Notes under the pieces: model-generated
The model's database searches: none
What the model was told of the DNA's origin: nothing
Seen by the model: the letters and a program-made list of their open reading frames with translations, nothing else
Source: an uncultured Verrucomicrobiae bacterium
Lineage (GTDB): Bacteria; Verrucomicrobiota; Verrucomicrobiia; Chthoniobacterales; JAFAMB01
DNA length: 64,000 nucleotides
Assembly (NCBI GenBank): GCA_963782115.1
Contig: CAWAIK010000003.1
Location: 288,001-352,000 of the forward strand
Direction: 5' to 3'
Program-made: the position numbers and the translations under genes
Shown here: positions 60,976-64,000 of the stretch, one piece after another
Layout: each line of letters starts with the position of its first letter
Position numbering within the stretch: position 1 is the stretch's first letter

Positions 60976-62499
60976 AGCACGTGATCACTTTCAAAGCCAC
61001 TGGGCGAAGCAGCAGCGTGTCTAGCGCCTTGTAAGTCACGCCCATCGCCCCTTGGCCGAGCTGAACCGGTTTCCCATCGGGACCTAGTGCCTAATTACAT
61101 AAATTAGCGTAAGAACGCTTCATTTGTTGCTGGTGGACCTCCTTTTTGGTCCACTCGAAAGGGGCCGCGTTCTGGTTCCAGCTCGCGATAAAGGCTTCGA
61201 TCGCCTGAACGAGCATTCGGACGCTGGTGAAACTGCCTCTCTGTAGGGCTCCGCGGCTCAAAATGCTAAACCAGCATTCAATCTGATTGAGCCAGGAGCT
61301 ATGAGTCGGGATGAAATGAAAATGCACGTGAGGGTGAGTCTTTAGCCAGCGGTCTTCCCTTGGCTTATGGGTGTTCAGATTGTCCAGCACCACGTGCAGC
61401 TCTTTGCCAGGATAGATGGAAACCAACTCATTCATGAAATCCAGAAACTCACGCCTGCGGCGACGACGATAATGTCCGGAATGGACCAGCCCGGTCGCCA
61501 CCTCCAGAGCGGCAAAGAGCGTGGTGGTGCCGTGGCGCTTGTATTCGTGAGCGAAGCCGGTCAGTGCGCGACCGTTTGGTAAGCGGATCCAGCCTTGCGC
61601 CCGCTCCAAAGCTTGAATGCATGGTTTTTCGTCTACGCAGAGCACCAGCGCGTTCTGTGGCGGATTCATGTGAAGGCCGACCACATCGGCAGCCTTGCGA
61701 CTGAACTCCGGATCGGTGCTCACGCACCAGCTCTGCCGGCGCTCAAGATGCAAGTCGTGCTTTCGCATCACCCGCCAGACTTGGTCCTTGCTCACGTTGC
61801 CCAGATGCTTGGCCAGCAGCGGCCCATTCCAGCGGCTGTAGCCTGGAGGCGCCGGCTCATCGAGCGCTTTCAAGATCCGCTCTTCGGTTAGCGAAGTGTA
61901 CTTGCGGCGCTTTTCCCCCGAGCGAACGCTTATCACTAAGGCCAGCCATTCTCTCTTGAGCAAATCGCCGTAGCCACTTGCTTATCCGCGCCGCTCGGGT
62001 CTTCATTTTTAAGGCGATCTCTTTGCCGCTTAGTCCACTGGAAGCTAAAAGAATCACTCTGGCCCGTTCGACCATACGCTGTTCGGTTTTGGAACCTCGC
62101 ATCCAACGCAAAAGGATTTCTTTCTCCTCAGTGGAAAGCCGGATTTCAGGAGCAGGTCGACTCATATGACCTACTTCTATACTTATTACGCTTTCAATTG
62201 CAAGTAAGTAGTAGCTCCACTTCGTAATGTGCAAAAAGATGATGGCCCGGTCCAGAGGGGGCCGCCAAGCCCTTGGACTCTTGTGCGGTGTCACCTGGGT
62301 CTTGGTTCGCCTGCCCTTGAGAGTGACTGCTCTCTGGCAGCGTAAACCGCGCTAAACAGACTGGACAAACCGGCGACAGGCTTGCCTCCTCCAACCGCGC
62401 TCCGCACGATCTACAAAAAAAGCTCGAAACACTATCATGTTGCGCGACCGTGCGTTCCAGCCCCGCATGTCCTGAATTCGGGCGAGGACCGGAGTTCAT
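60975..62499 (-). pseudogene. Ser/Thr protein kinase gene interrupted by IS630 and truncated by a palindromic repeat
   Basis: Removing the IS and one TA restores in frame CRSCG...CPVCL...FAHYEVELGPDGKPVQLGQGAMGVTYKALDTLLLRPVALKVI. Confidence 0.9.
61085..62213 (-). mobile_element. IS630-family insertion sequence; transposase 62165 to 61091 with one frameshift near 61930
   Basis: RARVILL HTH, CVDEK, YKRHGT, VLDN, SWLNQIECWF; TA duplicated at 61085-61086 and 62212-62213 in a CTAG target; imperfect TIRs sharing AGCGTAA. Confidence 0.93.
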
Positions 62500-62725
62500 C
62501 CCTCAAGGCGTCCTTCCGTGGCGACTAGGGCGTCGTACAATGCATGAATCTCGGCGTCGATGTCGGCGGGATCGAACACAGTTTTTGCCACTTCGTCACC
62601 AAGAAAGCCGCAAAACGCTTCCGCATCCGACAAACCTGGGTCTTCACCGCGGCGAGGCTCAGCCCTAATTGCTTCGCGGACTGCTCGTAAGAAACAGAGG
62701 TTTCGTCGCCCTTTAGGTCCAAGTG
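62496..62725 (-). pseudogene. C-terminal remnant of an ECF sigma factor coupled to the kinase gene
   Basis: SYEQSAKQLGLSLAAVKTQVCRMRKRF, frameshift, DEVAKTVFDPADIDAEIHAL; its TGA overlaps the kinase ATG. Confidence 0.75.
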
Positions 62726-63058
62726 CATATCCAGGAAGTTTCCGAGCGATTCTCCGCGATCCAGGCTGCCATTAGTCCGGTGGCAAAAGCGGCGCTCCTT
62801 ACTGATTGGCTCCGGACTGTTGGTCCCGAGTGCGGTAGCTACATTGTTCGCATTATGACAGGAGATCTCCGCATCGGCTTAAAGGAAGGCCTTTTGGAAG
62901 AAGCGATTGCCGCCGCATTTGAAGCACGCGCTGAACAAGTCAAAGGAGTAAATATGTTAACAGGAGATATCGGTGAGACGGCACTTCTAGCGAAAACCAA
63001 TCGACTTTCTGCCGCGAACCTGAAGCTGTTTCACCGAATTGCTTGTGATCCCGTTTAG
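62723..63058 (+). pseudogene. Internal fragment of an ATP-dependent DNA ligase
   Basis: YIVRIMTGDLRIGLKEGLLEEAIAAAF...MLTGDIGETA. Confidence 0.75.
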
Positions 63059-63200
63059 CGCGACAAGGATACCAAAGTCTAGGCCACGGCTTCGAAGCTT
63101 TGAATCGAACCAAGAAAGTTCCGAACTGCTGACCTTGCTCGACCAGTTCTTGCACTCGACAAGTATGACATTAGACAGGAAGAAGAATCCCTCGGAAAGA
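63040..63200 (-). pseudogene. Fragment of an Mrr-like PD-(D/E)xK restriction endonuclease
   Basis: ILVECKNWSSKVSS...GILVALNGIT. Confidence 0.6.
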
Positions 63201-63299
63201 AATTTTGGTCCCCTTTCCGGCAGACCCAAATGAAAGCTTGGCCCATTACTCCGAGAGTGAATACTCCGGAGAACGATGATCTTGAGGTCATTTTACTAT

Positions 63300-63555
63300 C
63301 CCACTGAGACCTACTAAACCAAACAACTGAGACGGTTCCGATCTTGTGCCACGGAACGCTTACAACCGCTGACAGTAACAGCACGGCTCCGAAATGAACG
63401 ATCGTTGGCGTCGCAAATGCAGCAACACCCTCCGCAACACGTAGTGTCGGACAGTCGACAATAAGCGTCACAACGACGAACTCTAGTCCAATCAGGGCAC
63501 CCGCAGCCGAGCCGACAACTACATAGAAGTTTTCCCATCCGGCGAGCGCTCTCAT
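63300..63555 (-). pseudogene. 3'-truncated hypothetical membrane protein
   Basis: WENFYVVVGSAAGALIGL...ATPTIVHF; the hydrophobic pattern is lost after about 80 aa. Confidence 0.55.
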
Positions 63556-63802
63556 GTCATCGATTAACCTCCTTCGAACACGGAATTCCCCGTGTTGCTC
63601 GTCCTTGCCGGATTTCGAACTTCCTCAAGCGTCAGCACCGGCGGAAAAGCATCCGATCTTGGCCTGACATTGTCTGCCTGGTTACTGGCAAGTTTAACCC
63701 TTACTCTTACAAAGCTGGGCACATTAAAGGCTTCCACGCCGGAATCTATTTTGCCGATGACCCATTCAATTTGTAGAGCGCTGTTTTCGATTGCACAGTG
63801 GT

Positions 63803-64000
63803 CTATTTGGAACGTTTCTCGAAGACTTCCTTGGCGACCGGTATTGCGGAAAAAACGTTCGGCCAACCGGCGTAGAAGAGCAGATGCGTGAGCGTCTCCG
63901 AGGCTTCCGATTTCGTCAGGCCGTTATCCATTGCCCGATTGAGATGAGCCGAGAGCTGGGCGACCTGCCCTGAGGCAATCAGCGCGCTGACGGTAACCAG
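63803..64000 (-). CDS. Carboxymuconolactone decarboxylase family protein (3' end; runs off the window)
   Basis: Manual translation gives LVTVSALIASGQVAQLSAHLNRAMDNGLTKSEASETLTHLLFYAGWPNVFSAIPVAKEVFEKRSK-stop. Confidence 0.85.
   Translation of the reverse strand: MVTVSALIASGQVAQLSAHLNRAMDNGLTKSEASETLTHLLFYAGWPNVFSAIPVAKEVFEKRSK

Noticed and set aside
63564..63866. 100-aa minus-strand ORF from the track
   Set aside because: It overlaps the CMD-family frame ending at 63803 and has no recognisable motif.

Overview
Bacterial DNA of moderately high GC. The gene content and repeat style suggest a soil Verrucomicrobium (Chthoniobacterales-like), but this is inference only. The window opens with the distal part of an intact alternative complex III plus caa3-type cytochrome c oxidase operon (1-7384). 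The rest is an accessory patchwork. It holds intact metabolic, stress and transport genes (Zn-dependent dehydrogenase, Ppa, YciF, GH15, amidase, M29 aminopeptidase, SLC13 permease, PepF, transglutaminase-like protein, glutaminase, RND pump, OprB porin, beta-carbonic anhydrase, HdeD, GDSL hydrolase, Kdo hydroxylase) mixed with many short gene remnants. Mobile DNA includes a RAYT with REPs inside long inverted arms, an ISAs1 element with a DUF4338 domain, an IS630 inside a Ser/Thr kinase gene, a 350-bp MITE and several dispersed palindromic repeat families. The best candidate for an undescribed system is at 34.9-37.3 kb. A 95-aa peptide with a twin-arginine-type leader and four WINRW repeats is followed by a Cys-rich SPASM-like partner protein and a radical SAM/SPASM enzyme, which together look like a RiPP cluster making cyclophane-type crosslinks. 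A Tat-signal cytochrome P450 with a non-canonical I-helix lies about 3 kb upstream. No tRNA, rRNA or CRISPR array was found. All family calls come from motif recognition by eye; no database search was run.
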